Assembly (NCBI GenBank): GCA_964635905.1
Contig: CAZWPK010000001.1
Coordinates: 155,863-219,862, forward strand
Source: an uncultured Pseudomonadales bacterium
GTDB taxonomy: Bacteria > Patescibacteriota > Microgenomatia > UBA1400 > UBA12028
Length of the DNA: 64,000 nt
Direction: 5' to 3'
Shown: positions 48,409-59,150 of the stretch, one piece after another
How positions within the stretch are numbered: position 1 is the first letter of the stretch
How the letters are laid out: the number at the start of each line of letters is the position of its first letter
The notes under the pieces: model-generated
The model's input: only the letters and a program-made list of their open reading frames with translations
Database searches by the model: none
Told to the model about the DNA's origin: nothing
Position numbers and translations under genes: made by a program

Positions 48409-48557
48409 TCCTCGTGCAATATATTTACATTCGTTGCCCATTTCAACAGCTCTTTAATGGATTTGTAGTGCGAAAGAAACAATGGATCCGATCGGTCGGA
48501 GTAATGGCAGACGGTCATAGTATCGTACGATCCCTTCGCCAGTGTGACTCCAATCCA

Positions 48558-49484
48558 CTAGGAATCAAACTGGACCTGCGAAAATGGTTGTGGAGTTTTT
48601 CCTTCCACTTGAACTTGGGTGATGTGTAATTGATCATTTTTCACTTCACACGCTAGAATCTTGACTCTCTTTTGGGTTTTGCCAATTGGAGATAACGTCC
48701 AGATTCCTGGCCAAGGATGAAATCCTCTCCACAGGTTGACAACAGTCTGTGGGGTGGTGTCGATACCTAACAGCGTGTGGATGGGTAGTGGTGCTGGACT
48801 TAGGTTTCCCATCCGTAGGGCAGTCAGGACGTCCCAAGGGATAAAACCGTCTTCTCGTTGCAGCATTCGAGCCACTGGCGTAGGGGAAAGATCCGGCTGT
48901 GGGGTACTGGTTTTTTTCTCTGCAAACGCTGCAATCGAATCAGCCAGTGTGGTTCCTACCACTTCAAAGGCAGCCTGGTAGTACTCGCTTGCTGTCCAAT
49001 CTTTCTGCACCACAAAGGGAAACTGGGCCACGATGGGACCATGATCCAGCTTGGCATCCATCACCATGAGGGTAACGGCAGAATCCGTTAGACCTGAGGC
49101 AAGCACAAACTGACCCGGTGAGGAACCACGAAAGGCAGGAAGAGCAGAAGGGTGCACGTTTAAGGGAGCAATGATCGGAAGATCTAATAGCCACTGGGGA
49201 ACAATGTATCCAAAATCCACAACTAACAAGAAATCTGGTCGAGCCTGCGCTTGGAGTTTCTCCTGAAGAGGCTGATCAATCTTTCGCTGTACGAGTTCAA
49301 CGAGAAGTTGGTGTGCAGTTCCAAATTGATGAAGGGGATTTGGGGTAATCTGTTGAAGGCGTCCAACTGGTTTTGGCTGTGGGGTGATGATCAAACGAAT
49401 CGCAAACCGCGAATCATTTAATAGCGCTTGTGCGCAGGAAACGGTGCGAGTGGTGGTGCCGGCAATCCAAACAGAATATGCCAT
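48558..49484 (-). CDS. fmt: Methionyl-tRNA formyltransferase
   Basis: 'NVHPSALPAFRGSSPGQ' (Fmt NVH.SLLP.WRGAAPI.), N-terminal 'ITPQPKPVGR'. Downstream of def on the same strand. Confidence 0.8.
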   Translation of the reverse strand: MAYSVWIAGTTTRTVSCAQALLNDSRFAIRLIITPQPKPVGRLQQITPNPLHQFGTAHQLLVELVQRKIDQPLQEKLQAQARPDFLLVVDFGYIVPQWLLDLPIIAPLNVHPSALPAFRGSSPGQFVLASGLTDSAVTLMVMDAKLDHGPIVAQFPFVVQKDWTASEYYQAAFEVVGTTLADSIAAFAEKKTSTPQPDLSPTPVARMLQREDGFIPWDVLTALRMGNLSPAPLPIHTLLGIDTTPQTVVNLWRGFHPWPGIWTLSPIGKTQKRVKILACEVKNDQLHITQVQVEGKTPQPFSQVQFDS

Positions 49485-49488
49485 AGGG

Positions 49489-50070
49489 TTAAAATGCTTC
49501 TAAGACTTCTTTGTCCATTGCAACTAATTTTTTCCCAACATACTCATAGACAGGCAGATCATATTTTAAGGAATAGTCGGTAAACAAGATTCCTTCTAAG
49601 TGATCAAATTCATGTTGGATCACGCGGGCCAAAAAACCATCTGCGCGTTCTTCTTTGGTCACCATCGTGTCATTTTCCATCGTCTCAAACGCAATCTCTA
49701 TCCATTCATAACGGGGAACCGGACCATAGATTTTAGGAATGGAGAGACAGCCTTCTAAGATGGGATCTTCAGGGTCGGGTCCCAATGTGACATCCGCAGA
49801 GTGTGAAGTAAACACGGGATTTGCGTAGACTTTCAAATCTAAGACACTCGGATCCGCTTCCGGATCGGCAGATAACCAGGTGACAAAGAGGCGAGCATTT
49901 TTTCCAATTTGTGGGGCGGAGAGTCCCACTCCTTGAGGATTGGTTTGTGCCATGACCGTATCTTGGAGTGCGGTGATCATTTCTTGCGTTTTTTTGTCCC
50001 AGACAATCGGCTTACACACCGTACGCAAGATTTCGTTGGGAACAATGGTGAGGGGACGAACATCGGGCAT
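49489..50070 (-). CDS. def: Peptide deformylase
   Basis: 'GVGLSAPQIG', 'EGCLSIP', 'QHEFDHLEG' (three PDF motifs). Confidence 0.85.
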   Translation of the reverse strand: MPDVRPLTIVPNEILRTVCKPIVWDKKTQEMITALQDTVMAQTNPQGVGLSAPQIGKNARLFVTWLSADPEADPSVLDLKVYANPVFTSHSADVTLGPDPEDPILEGCLSIPKIYGPVPRYEWIEIAFETMENDTMVTKEERADGFLARVIQHEFDHLEGILFTDYSLKYDLPVYEYVGKKLVAMDKEVLEAF

Positions 50071-50076
50071 AGGGAA

Positions 50077-52266
50077 TTATTTCTTGGCTGGAGTTGCAGA
50101 GAGACTGGCAATCCGATCCTTGGCTACTTGACTAGACGCGTTGATAAATTCTATCACATACTGATACTGTTCCTTCGCTTGTTGGGTTTTTTCTTGGGCT
50201 TGATAGAGTTCGGCCAACTGAATCCGCGCATTCTCATCCACCGGTCGCAAGCGCAACGCCTCCAGCAGGTACGTTTCTTCCTCATTCGATTTCCCTTGGG
50301 CACGGGCGATGACTGCCAGACTATAGACAAGTTTTGAATCCGTGGGAGCCAACAAGCGAGCTGCAGTTAACGTCTTGATGGCTTCCTCATAAAAGCTTGG
50401 GTTTAATTGTGACAGTAATAAAAAGATGCGTGCGCGTGTTTTGTAGAAATTTAAATGCGCGGGATTCTGACTAATTACTTCATCGGACATCGAAATGGAA
50501 TACTGCGTAAGCGTTGCCGCATTGGTACTATCTTTCCCAACGGATAAGGCATACGCCATACGGGCAGAGATATACGCCAGCTCATCCCGGAAAACTGGCT
50601 CATTGGGCAGCATATCCACGGCCTGTTGTGACGCATAGAATGCGCTTTGCAGACTTGTACCACTTGCCGCTTTGGCCTGACTGTGGAAGGTATCGGCAAT
50701 ATAGAGTTTTCGAATGGAATTTCCCAAAAGTATCCCAACCAGACAGACCCCAGCAAGTTGTGCCCACTGCACCATGGTAAAGTCTGCGGTGGTTTTTGCA
50801 TGGCTGTCACGGACGGCCACAGCCGTTTCGTGGCTAGAATACAGCTGCCAGGCAATGGCAGGAAAGAGAAAGGTCAACAGCGACACCATGACCGTCGAGA
50901 ATCCAAAAAAGTTGGACACGGACAGGGCGACTAATCCGGACGAGAGGGAAAGTAAGAGAAGTGCATTCTCCGACGATACTGGTTTAGAAGTGGTTTTCCT
51001 GACGGCCCAAAAAAAAGGCAGGAGTGTAAAGGAACCAATCATGACACTATAACTTAACAATCCCACCATTCCCGTGGTTGCCAAGTAATTTAAAAATTCG
51101 TTGTGGGCTTTGTTGTAGAGGAAATCCCACTCTGACAAAAGGTTGTGGGCCAGGGGACGATCGCGATAATAACTGTAGGCAAACGTTTCGACACCGGAGC
51201 CAAGGAGTGGATGACGTTTGAAGACATCAATTGCTCCTTGCCAGACGACTTTACGGATATCACCGGATTCAGAACCGCCCACTTCTAACGCGGGTCCTGC
51301 CACCGGAGCCGGAGTAGGGGCGATGGAAACGCTCGAACTTGGGAGGAGACGCGCTGTTAGCTGTGTCACCTTGCTGTTAAACGGGGTGCCAATGACTGCC
51401 ATCAGGACAACAAACAGTAGTCCAGTTCCAAGAAAGGGGAGAAGGACTGATTGGGGCTTCACGAGTTGTCGTTGCCGTACAACAATTCCCACTCCCAAGA
51501 CGCCAAATCCTACGACTGCCCCTAAGATTCCGGAGCGTGACTGGGTAAAAAACAAGACACTTGTACACAACGCACACACGAGAAACCAAGCAGCCGGTTG
51601 CAGGTAGCGTTGTAGAGTTGGGCGAGCGGATGAGCGCGCGGCTGACAACGATGTCAGGAAGGTCGCAATCGCCAACGGTAGGGCGACGATCAAATAGGCA
51701 GCTAGCCAGTTGGGCTGGCCAAACGTCCCAAAGACTCTTGATTGTACATCCTGCACCCAACAGGACACCGTAAAGTCACCTGAAATCAGCACACAGCTGG
51801 GTGATACTCCAAAGTGTTCAGGGAAGGCATACGCCGCCGCAATCACTGCCCCGATCAGGAACGAGCGTAGCAAACGGAGGAGATCTTTTTTCGAGACAAA
51901 ATGTAACCAGCCACTAAATAGAATTGCATAGGAAAGTGTAGAGAACAGTCCACCATTGAAGCGCGAATAGTATCCCAGCCAGGACGTCCGACTGTGGAGG
52001 GTAACGAGCGTCGACAATAATTGTGAGACCACAAAGGCAGCAATCGGCACCGTAAATGGAGTCTTCGGGAGCTGGATTTTTTGCTGTTTAATCCATTCCA
52101 CACTAAGACAAAACAGCACGATGCTGGCGGAAAGATAGACTAAAAGCATCTTGGGAAATTCAAACAATTCATCCGACTGAAAGGAGACTGCCAGAGGTAA
52201 ACCTAAGAACAGCAGATGATAGATCATCACAGGAATACGGTGAAGAGTGGCAAGAAATTTGGACAT
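50077..52266 (-). CDS. O-antigen ligase/polymerase-like polytopic membrane protein with C-terminal TPR repeats
   Basis: ~10 TM N-terminal half with Wzy_C-like region. C-terminal repeat helices 'YEEAIKTLTAARLLAP', 'LAVIARAQGKSNEEETYLLEALRLRP'. Confidence 0.5.
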   Translation of the reverse strand: MSKFLATLHRIPVMIYHLLFLGLPLAVSFQSDELFEFPKMLLVYLSASIVLFCLSVEWIKQQKIQLPKTPFTVPIAAFVVSQLLSTLVTLHSRTSWLGYYSRFNGGLFSTLSYAILFSGWLHFVSKKDLLRLLRSFLIGAVIAAAYAFPEHFGVSPSCVLISGDFTVSCWVQDVQSRVFGTFGQPNWLAAYLIVALPLAIATFLTSLSAARSSARPTLQRYLQPAAWFLVCALCTSVLFFTQSRSGILGAVVGFGVLGVGIVVRQRQLVKPQSVLLPFLGTGLLFVVLMAVIGTPFNSKVTQLTARLLPSSSVSIAPTPAPVAGPALEVGGSESGDIRKVVWQGAIDVFKRHPLLGSGVETFAYSYYRDRPLAHNLLSEWDFLYNKAHNEFLNYLATTGMVGLLSYSVMIGSFTLLPFFWAVRKTTSKPVSSENALLLLSLSSGLVALSVSNFFGFSTVMVSLLTFLFPAIAWQLYSSHETAVAVRDSHAKTTADFTMVQWAQLAGVCLVGILLGNSIRKLYIADTFHSQAKAASGTSLQSAFYASQQAVDMLPNEPVFRDELAYISARMAYALSVGKDSTNAATLTQYSISMSDEVISQNPAHLNFYKTRARIFLLLSQLNPSFYEEAIKTLTAARLLAPTDSKLVYSLAVIARAQGKSNEEETYLLEALRLRPVDENARIQLAELYQAQEKTQQAKEQYQYVIEFINASSQVAKDRIASLSATPAKK

Positions 52267-52311
52267 AGTCTGACACGTATCATAGCAAGGGATAGAAAGA
52301 GGCGATAGAGT

Positions 52312-53328
52312 TTGCTAGGATGGGCATCCATGAGACTCTTTGCTTCTGAGTTGTTCACCTTTGATCTGGGCACACAAAACTCTCTCTTGATGGGAGAAAA
52401 AAAGACCATTAATGCGTATGTGCCGTCGGTGGTCTTTGCCGATCCCTTGGGAAACACGACGTTTGTGGGTGATGATGCACTCGTGCATCAAAGTGATGGG
52501 AGTGTCCTGACATCCACCTGTCTACATCAGGGACACATCGTCGATCGACAAAACGTGCTCACTTTGTTGGAGTCGATGGTGGCAACCGTCGCCAGACCCA
52601 TGGTGGCAAAGCTTTTACCCGTTCCCTGTATCGTGGCTGTGTCGTCCACCTTTTCTCCCACCGATGCATTTTTGTATAAAGAGGTCTTTCGATCCGTAGG
52701 ATTCCTGCCAATTTTTGTACCCAGTAGCGTGGGCATTGCGGCCGCCGTGCATGTCAAAAAGAAAGCAGCGGTGCAGCTGGTACTGGATTGTGGGGCCAGC
52801 AAACTGGAACTTGCAGTGATCAAATCCGGTCAACTGAGTCGAAGTGCAATGCTCTCCTGGGGAGGAGAAGCCCTTGATCAGCAGATTCAGTCAGCCTTCG
52901 TGATCGAACTGCAAACGATTTTCCCCCTTCGTGATGTCCGTAGCTTAAAGCACATGCTTTCCCCGTTAAAGGCCGCCAATGAAGCATCCCATGTGTTGCG
53001 AGGAAAACATACCAAGACAGGAAAAGTTGTCTCGGTACGCTTGACTAGTGATCATCTCAAATCTGCAACGACACAGTGGCTCTCCATTGTTACAGCGTGG
53101 ATTCAAGCGTTCTTAGCGGAGTTGCCGGCGGGGACACTGTCCGCCCTCTCACAGGAAGGACTCGTGATTTCTGGGGGCTTGTCACAACTGCAAGGGTTGG
53201 AACACGCGCTCGAAGACGCACTGTCGTTAAAAGTTACCTCCATCTCACGTCCACAGGTCGCTGCGGGGATGGGCTTGCAAACACTACAGGCACAATCTGC
53301 ACTATCCGACCATCGAATTGTCATTTAA
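52312..53328 (+). CDS. mreB: Rod shape-determining protein MreB (divergent actin-like ATPase)
   Basis: Phosphate-1 'FDLGTQNSLL' (MreB DLGTANT), 'PSVVF', 'LVLDCGASKLELAVI' (phosphate-2). Followed by mreC/mreD/PBP2. Start could be the Met 6 codons downstream. Confidence 0.6.
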   Translation: MLGWASMRLFASELFTFDLGTQNSLLMGEKKTINAYVPSVVFADPLGNTTFVGDDALVHQSDGSVLTSTCLHQGHIVDRQNVLTLLESMVATVARPMVAKLLPVPCIVAVSSTFSPTDAFLYKEVFRSVGFLPIFVPSSVGIAAAVHVKKKAAVQLVLDCGASKLELAVIKSGQLSRSAMLSWGGEALDQQIQSAFVIELQTIFPLRDVRSLKHMLSPLKAANEASHVLRGKHTKTGKVVSVRLTSDHLKSATTQWLSIVTAWIQAFLAELPAGTLSALSQEGLVISGGLSQLQGLEHALEDALSLKVTSISRPQVAAGMGLQTLQAQSALSDHRIVI

Positions 53329-53331
53329 CGT

Positions 53332-54081
53332 ATGCGGTCATCATCGTTGTACTGGATCATCCTCACTAGCGTCGCATTCCTCCTGCTCATTGTTTCCTAT
53401 CTTCCCGGTGTACAGGGTGCCACCCAACCACTCCATCGGGAAAAAGAAAAGCAGCGTGCCGCGATCGTCGCGGTTTTGTGGAGAGAGTATGAATCGATGC
53501 GATTACAAACGTTCCAAGACAAACTCCAACATCGTCTAGAACTGTTGGAACGTGAGAACCGCATGTTGTATGCTGCCCTGGCAACAGTGTCGGCACAACG
53601 CGATTTACTAGATGGCGCTAGTGTAAGTGCCACCCGGGATGCTTCCCGAAGTGGAGTATTGTCACGAGATCTTTCAGGCTGGTTTGTTATTCAAGAAACT
53701 CCAGCAGTGATTGCCGCATCCACACTAATCTATCAAGACGGTGTTGTGATCGGGGAAGTAAATGCGACAAGCTCCGCAGTGATCCCAGTTGTATTGGTTT
53801 CCAAGCGCAACACACCGATGCTTGTAATGCACCAACCGACCGCCTTGGTGGGAACGCTGACAATCCAAGGACAAACACCGAACGTAGAATTCTTCCAACG
53901 TGTAGAAGGGATTGCGGTAGGGGATTTGTTTACCACCTTGCCGACCAGAAACTTAGAACACGCTGCGGCGCTCGGAACAGTCGCATCCATCCAAACACAG
54001 CCATCGGATCCGGTGTCTGTCGTACAGCTCCAGTTTATTGCACACCCGGGTGTGGGTGAGCGTGTGGAGGTGGGACAATGA
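53332..54081 (+). CDS. mreC: Rod shape-determining protein MreC
   Basis: N-terminal TM, coiled-coil 'LQHRLELLERENRMLYAALA', beta-rich C-terminus. Position between mreB and mreD. Confidence 0.55.
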   Translation: MRSSSLYWIILTSVAFLLLIVSYLPGVQGATQPLHREKEKQRAAIVAVLWREYESMRLQTFQDKLQHRLELLERENRMLYAALATVSAQRDLLDGASVSATRDASRSGVLSRDLSGWFVIQETPAVIAASTLIYQDGVVIGEVNATSSAVIPVVLVSKRNTPMLVMHQPTALVGTLTIQGQTPNVEFFQRVEGIAVGDLFTTLPTRNLEHAAALGTVASIQTQPSDPVSVVQLQFIAHPGVGERVEVGQ

Positions 54082-54473
54082 GAGAAACCCAGAACTGGTT
54101 ACTGCTTATCGTCGTCTGGATCCTTGAACATGCCCTCGGAGTTCCATTTCTGTCTACGCTTGCTGTTGCCAAACACCCACTGGATCGTTTCCCATGGGGA
54201 TGGGTTGTCTTGTCCCTTGGAAATGATGTGCTCGGCGGATACCGACTTGGTAGTACGTTGGGTGTTCTCGCACTCGCACTCTTTCTTAAACCCCTCCAAA
54301 AAAACAGTGCAGGGATACTGTTCTTTGCGGTAAGTATCACCACGCTCGTTGCGATTCTGCAACTACTTTCCGGGAATTTTAATGGAGTCACCGTTGCACT
54401 CTTTTTGTGTGTAAGTATAGGAGGACCGCTGTGGGCAGGAAAACGCGCCGCTTCATTCATCGAAATCGGATAA
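54078..54473 (+). CDS. mreD: Rod shape-determining protein MreD (small polytopic membrane protein)
   Basis: 131-aa hydrophobic protein, ATGA overlap with mreC. Assigned by position. Confidence 0.4.
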   Translation: MRETQNWLLLIVVWILEHALGVPFLSTLAVAKHPLDRFPWGWVVLSLGNDVLGGYRLGSTLGVLALALFLKPLQKNSAGILFFAVSITTLVAILQLLSGNFNGVTVALFLCVSIGGPLWAGKRAASFIEIG

Positions 54474-56122
54474 CAGAAATTGGCTTTTCACCAGTCTTTG
54501 CGCCGGTCGTGCCGCGACTCCGGTTGTGGATTGGGGTGGCGCTTTCGATCCTGATTGTGTTTGGTCTGCGGTTAACCGATATTATGGTCCTTCGGGGAAA
54601 GAATTTTCGGGCAATGGCAGATTCCAATCGTCTGCAGACATTGTCAGTTCTACCTAGTCGTGGAATCCTAACCGATCGAAAAGGAATTGCTCTTACCGAG
54701 AATGGGCGGCAATTCTATGCGGTGGCTACAGCCTCGGCGCAATCGCTGTATCCAAAAAAAACACATCCCATTACTTCCTCTGAGGCTGCAAGTCTTCAAC
54801 TGGAACGCTTATCGAGTGTGCTGGCGGTTCCCACTCGCTCCTATCCCTTCGCTCCAGCCCTCACCCACGTGGTCGGATATATTGGCTTTCCGACACGCAG
54901 CGATATTACCCAAAAATATATTGGAGTAGATGAACGGGTCGGAAAAACGGGAGCAGAATACCTCTTTGATTCCACGCTGCGTGGTGTTTCCGGAAGTGAC
55001 ACGTATGAACTATCGTCCAACGGGAAAGTCACTAGCAAAGTGTCCCAACAGTTGCCACTGCGGGGAAAAAGTCTCACACTCTCAATTGACGCCGCGTTAA
55101 CCAACACCTCCTATGAGGCACTCGGGGAGTATACGGGAGCAGTGGTCGTAGTGGATATTTCGAGTTCTTCGTTACTTGCACTTACGAGCAAGCCTTCCTT
55201 TGAACTCTCCTCGTTAGGGCAGGCGTTATCGGATCCAAAAAAACCATTGCTCAATCGAGCGGTTTCCAACTATCCTCCTGGAAGTACGTTCAAGCTCATC
55301 ACCGCGCTGGCTGCACTCGAAACAGGCAAGATGACAGCTGACACTACCGTGGTAGATGAAGGACAACTCAAGGTGGGAGAGCAAACGTTTGGAAACTGGT
55401 ATTTCCGTCAATACGGAAGAACGGAAGGAGCCATCAGTCTGACTCGAGCCTTAGCCCGAAGTAACGATATTTATTTTTATACCGCAGCCCAGCAGGTGGG
55501 TCCGGAAGCCATGGATGATATTGCATTCAAACTAGGGCTGGGCCGACCAACCGGAATCGGATTAATGGAAGAACAGACGGGACTGCTTCCCACACCCGAA
55601 TGGAAAGAAAAAGAAGTTGGAACCAAATGGTACTTGGGAGACACGTATCATATGGGAATTGGACAAGGTTTTGTTCTAGCTACTCCGGTGCAAATTGCCA
55701 ATATGACGGCTGCCATCGGCCGGAGTGGTCAGTGGTGTGAATTGTCGTTAACACCCCATTCCCAGCCCACCTGCGAGGATAGTGAGATCAAACCAGAGAG
55801 CCTTCAAACGGTGGTCACGGGGATGGTGCAAGCCTGTAGCAACGGTGGTACTGCGTTTCCATTTTTCCCACACAATGAAGTTGCCAGCGAAGATCTAAAA
55901 GTAGCCTGTAAAACTGGAACAGCAGAATACGGTCCCTCGGATGAGAAAGGACATAAGAAAACCCATGGCTGGTTTACCATGTTCTATCCGACCAACGAAC
56001 CGGAAGTTGCGATCACCGTGTTGGTAGAATCCACACCAGAAAAACAGTTCTTAGAAGGCTCCGCCGATGCTGCCCCAATTGCTCTCAAAGTCTTTGAAGA
56101 ATGGAAAAAAATGGGAAAGTAA
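54407..56122 (+). CDS. mrdA: Penicillin-binding protein 2 (peptidoglycan D,D-transpeptidase)
   Basis: 'PPGSTFKLITALAAL' (SxxK), 'SND', 'KTGTAEYG' (KTG). True start probably GTG ~54509 just after the mreD stop. ORF-track start lies inside mreD. Confidence 0.8.
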   Translation: MCKYRRTAVGRKTRRFIHRNRITEIGFSPVFAPVVPRLRLWIGVALSILIVFGLRLTDIMVLRGKNFRAMADSNRLQTLSVLPSRGILTDRKGIALTENGRQFYAVATASAQSLYPKKTHPITSSEAASLQLERLSSVLAVPTRSYPFAPALTHVVGYIGFPTRSDITQKYIGVDERVGKTGAEYLFDSTLRGVSGSDTYELSSNGKVTSKVSQQLPLRGKSLTLSIDAALTNTSYEALGEYTGAVVVVDISSSSLLALTSKPSFELSSLGQALSDPKKPLLNRAVSNYPPGSTFKLITALAALETGKMTADTTVVDEGQLKVGEQTFGNWYFRQYGRTEGAISLTRALARSNDIYFYTAAQQVGPEAMDDIAFKLGLGRPTGIGLMEEQTGLLPTPEWKEKEVGTKWYLGDTYHMGIGQGFVLATPVQIANMTAAIGRSGQWCELSLTPHSQPTCEDSEIKPESLQTVVTGMVQACSNGGTAFPFFPHNEVASEDLKVACKTGTAEYGPSDEKGHKKTHGWFTMFYPTNEPEVAITVLVESTPEKQFLEGSADAAPIALKVFEEWKKMGK

Positions 56123-56254
56123 GAAAAAGTAGTTCTTAACCAAATAGTATATCAAAATCAGTCAATCAAAGACATGTTTGCAATCACATCCTGCATTCAG
56201 TAAACTTCCAAAGTTCCCAAGAAAATTATTCTTTGAACACACGAAATAATCCGT

Positions 56255-56500
56255 GTGACTATTTTGGGTTTGGGAATGGAAAGGATTACTATGAACTTGA
56301 CAGAGACTACGCAAGCGGGTCTAATGATCGAAACCGTTGTGGCTCAGAAGACTAGGACCGAAATGACTGTAGGCAACGCAACGTTACGACGCGAAGATAC
56401 AAAGGAAGGGGCGATCTATACGTTAAACGATCAGGAACTCAAGGCTAATGAAATTACTACGAAAGTAGTTTTAGCAGCAATGCGTTCGACACGACAGTAA
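56255..56500 (+). CDS. Hypothetical small protein
   Basis: 81-aa ORF. Confidence 0.25.
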   Translation: MTILGLGMERITMNLTETTQAGLMIETVVAQKTRTEMTVGNATLRREDTKEGAIYTLNDQELKANEITTKVVLAAMRSTRQ

Positions 56501-56511
56501 AGAATTTCTTA

Positions 56512-56543
56512 AAAAACCGGTCTTTTAGAGGCCGGTTTTTTTA
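56512..56543. terminator. Candidate bidirectional intrinsic terminator
   Basis: 'AAAACCGGTCTTTTAGAGGCCGGTTTTTTT': hairpin AACCGG..CCGGTT flanked by A-run and T-run, between convergent genes. Confidence 0.4.
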
Positions 56544-58256
56544 TGGCCAAACAGATGCGATCCACTTCGCCCAAAATGGGGAAGTATCCGCTGCCACTTT
56601 TACCGGAATGGTAATCGTTTGCGGCTGCGAAGAGGTATTTTTTCTCCCATCACATCCAATGTTCTGTACCATCCAGGTATACGTTCCGGGATTGAGTGTG
56701 GTTGGGAAAGAAACTTGAGTGTCGGTGGGACTCAGATCAATACTATGGATTGGTTTCTTTGATGGTGAGGCTACGAATCCTTCATACACTACAATGCGCT
56801 GTTGTTCCGCTTTGTCACTAACTTCCCACTGCAAGGCACTTGGATTATGAACGAGGCGCATTCCAACAGCTTTGGGTTCCGACATCGTACAACGATCGAC
56901 AGGTTCTTGGGATCGTAAGACAGTCTGGATGGCAGGGATGGCCGCTGGTGGCAATCCGTCCCAGTTATAGATCACCGAGAGGGCAGCAGACGCCGTCGCG
57001 TTAAATAACGAGGACTGTAATCCCGAGATCCAGTCTTTTGTTTCAAACCCCGCAGAGTATTCAATCGCTCCCCAGATTGGATTTCCATTCCAGGCAATCA
57101 TTCTGGAAAAATCCGGATGTGAGAGAGGGTTTTTGGCATACCCATAAAAGCTCATCCCTGGTTGGGAATAGAAGTTATATGCTCCCGCCGCGTAATTGGT
57201 GTAGCGTGGTTCCCCGGCCAGTGCTTCGCTCCACACATGAGTATAGATCTTTGACTTCTCAATCCCAAGTTTTGTAATGTTGCGGGCGTTCTCTTCTAAG
57301 TACTGGGCAACTACCTTTGTACGGGTGGTCAACAGACACTCTGCGGTGTCTGTAAACCCAGAACAGGCTGCACGTTCTCCGCAGGTTGGCTGACCAACAG
57401 GACAGGAGTAGTCTTGGATCCCGCGATATCCATAGGGTTTGAATTCATCAGCGGGCGTGACCGATGCGTTTAACGAGACTTCGGTTCCAATCGACAGACC
57501 CACAAAGAGATCTTCTTTTCCTTGGGCTTCCCATTCCTCACGTTTCTTGGCAATCTCTTCGACGATCACGGCCAAGCGCTGACCTTGAATATCCCGATAC
57601 GTTGTACTCCGTAATGGATTGTTGAGCAGATTGGGTGGAGGAGCAATCCTGAAACCACCACCACCCCAGTTACGGATATTTAGTGTCATGGGTGTCGTCC
57701 AATTTTGCCACTCTACATTCCATTTGTTGTCCGGATTGTATCCAGCAATGAATCGACGTTTAAAATCCTCAGGATTTTTTTGACGACTAAAGAATTTGGG
57801 ATCTGTCTTGGTTCCATCGGAATCCCACCAGTTATAGAGCTCTGGCAAATTATCCCACCATTGGAATCCATTCAAGGGTACAAAGACAGGGAAGTTTTGC
57901 TCCTCGGCAATCTCTAATATTCGTCGCATTTTGATGGCATAGACAGAATCACTTGATGGCGTATCCATGGGAGTATTCATGTACTCCATCAATGTGGACC
58001 ACGAAAGCGTAGCAGATGACCTCTGCTCCAAAGAAGGGGTATTGAGAATAGTTGATCGCATCGAGGTAATTGCCGCAACAACCTTTGGCTTTACCTCCAA
58101 CTTCCAGGTCTCTTCTTCCACTGACCAATCCAACTCATTAATGGAAGCAAAATTCAGCACGATATGCGGCTTTGTGGAAGCAAAGACAGAAGAAGGAACA
58201 ACACCCATCAAGACTAGGACAAAAAGAAATGCCAGGAACACACGAAAAAGCCTCAT
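56541..58256 (-). CDS. Secreted hypothetical protein (possible carbohydrate-active enzyme)
   Basis: Signal peptide 'MRLFRVFLAFLFVLVLMGVVPSSVFAST'. 571 aa. No catalytic motif assigned. Confidence 0.4.
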   Translation of the reverse strand: MRLFRVFLAFLFVLVLMGVVPSSVFASTKPHIVLNFASINELDWSVEEETWKLEVKPKVVAAITSMRSTILNTPSLEQRSSATLSWSTLMEYMNTPMDTPSSDSVYAIKMRRILEIAEEQNFPVFVPLNGFQWWDNLPELYNWWDSDGTKTDPKFFSRQKNPEDFKRRFIAGYNPDNKWNVEWQNWTTPMTLNIRNWGGGGFRIAPPPNLLNNPLRSTTYRDIQGQRLAVIVEEIAKKREEWEAQGKEDLFVGLSIGTEVSLNASVTPADEFKPYGYRGIQDYSCPVGQPTCGERAACSGFTDTAECLLTTRTKVVAQYLEENARNITKLGIEKSKIYTHVWSEALAGEPRYTNYAAGAYNFYSQPGMSFYGYAKNPLSHPDFSRMIAWNGNPIWGAIEYSAGFETKDWISGLQSSLFNATASAALSVIYNWDGLPPAAIPAIQTVLRSQEPVDRCTMSEPKAVGMRLVHNPSALQWEVSDKAEQQRIVVYEGFVASPSKKPIHSIDLSPTDTQVSFPTTLNPGTYTWMVQNIGCDGRKNTSSQPQTITIPVKVAADTSPFWAKWIASVWP

Positions 58257-58377
58257 ATGCTCTTATTGTACGAAAGACCTCAAGAAATAGGAAATAGTAG
58301 TTGCAGTATTCTCAAGTTGACATAGCCTATAGTAAGAACTAAAATATATAGACTGTCCGCTTACAGGGCGAAACCCC

Positions 58378-58626
58378 ATGGCATCACGCCTGGGAAAGTG
58401 CTCTGTGAAAACAGGAGATGAGGAATTGGAATTCGAGTTAGGCAAGACCTATGTGGCAAAGGCCAAGAGAAATGGTTTTCAGGTGGGAGGCAAGTATTTG
58501 ATCACTGACATCAAAGGTTGCCGTGTAACTGTCACTCCCCAGGGGAACACCCCCGGGGTTAGGTTCACTGTCAACCCGGCAGATGTTCGCCGCGGTGACC
58601 TGCAGTCAGCAGGGCTCGATGCCTAA
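58378..58626 (+). CDS. Hypothetical small protein
   Basis: 82-aa ORF. Confidence 0.3.
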   Translation: MASRLGKCSVKTGDEELEFELGKTYVAKAKRNGFQVGGKYLITDIKGCRVTVTPQGNTPGVRFTVNPADVRRGDLQSAGLDA

Positions 58627-58647
58627 ACATTTTTTTCTCATCGCTGT

Positions 58648-58674
58648 CGGCACCCTACGGGGTGCCGATTTTCC
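58648..58674. terminator. Candidate intrinsic terminator
   Basis: Perfect 8-bp stem CGGCACCC/GGGTGCCG with TACG loop, followed by ATTTTCC. Between convergent genes. Confidence 0.4.
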
Positions 58675-58676
58675 AT

Positions 58677-59150
58677 CTACTGACGTTTTACTTTATATAC
58701 CACTGGAGGATTCTCTCTAAGCGTTCGCTCTCTTTTATCAACTGGGACGAGTTGACGACGTGTATTTATTCGTTTGGCAGGGAAGTTGACCTTTAATTCC
58801 TCCAATACCTCTAGAATTAACAAAAAGACTTGATCACCACTAAGACCTTCTTTGGCTTGTTTTTCTTGAACATCTTTGAGAAGTCGGAGTAAAGTCAGAG
58901 TGTCATCCGTTTCTCGATGACCTAGTCCACCTGGAGGCGCATTCGAAACGATACGATACCAGCCAATCGCATTGAGAGCTTCCAATCGATCAGCAGAAAT
59001 CTGACCTTTGGAAATCGCCTCTAGAAGGGAAAATTCTACCGTTGAAGGGGGGATATCGTTTCCGAATTGTCCAATTCTGCTTTGTAAAATCCATTCCCGT
59101 ATTTCCTCTTTTAATCCTGAGCGGGTCTCTTGATTGATCCGAAGTGACAT
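58677..59150 (-). CDS. Hypothetical protein
   Basis: 157-aa ORF. Confidence 0.3.
   Translation of the reverse strand: MSLRINQETRSGLKEEIREWILQSRIGQFGNDIPPSTVEFSLLEAISKGQISADRLEALNAIGWYRIVSNAPPGGLGHRETDDTLTLLRLLKDVQEKQAKEGLSGDQVFLLILEVLEELKVNFPAKRINTRRQLVPVDKRERTLRENPPVVYKVKRQ

Noticed and set aside
48222-48518. 98-aa minus-strand ORF
   Set aside because: It overlaps rpmB (L28), which has a strong family signature and RBS on the plus strand. It is an antisense artefact.
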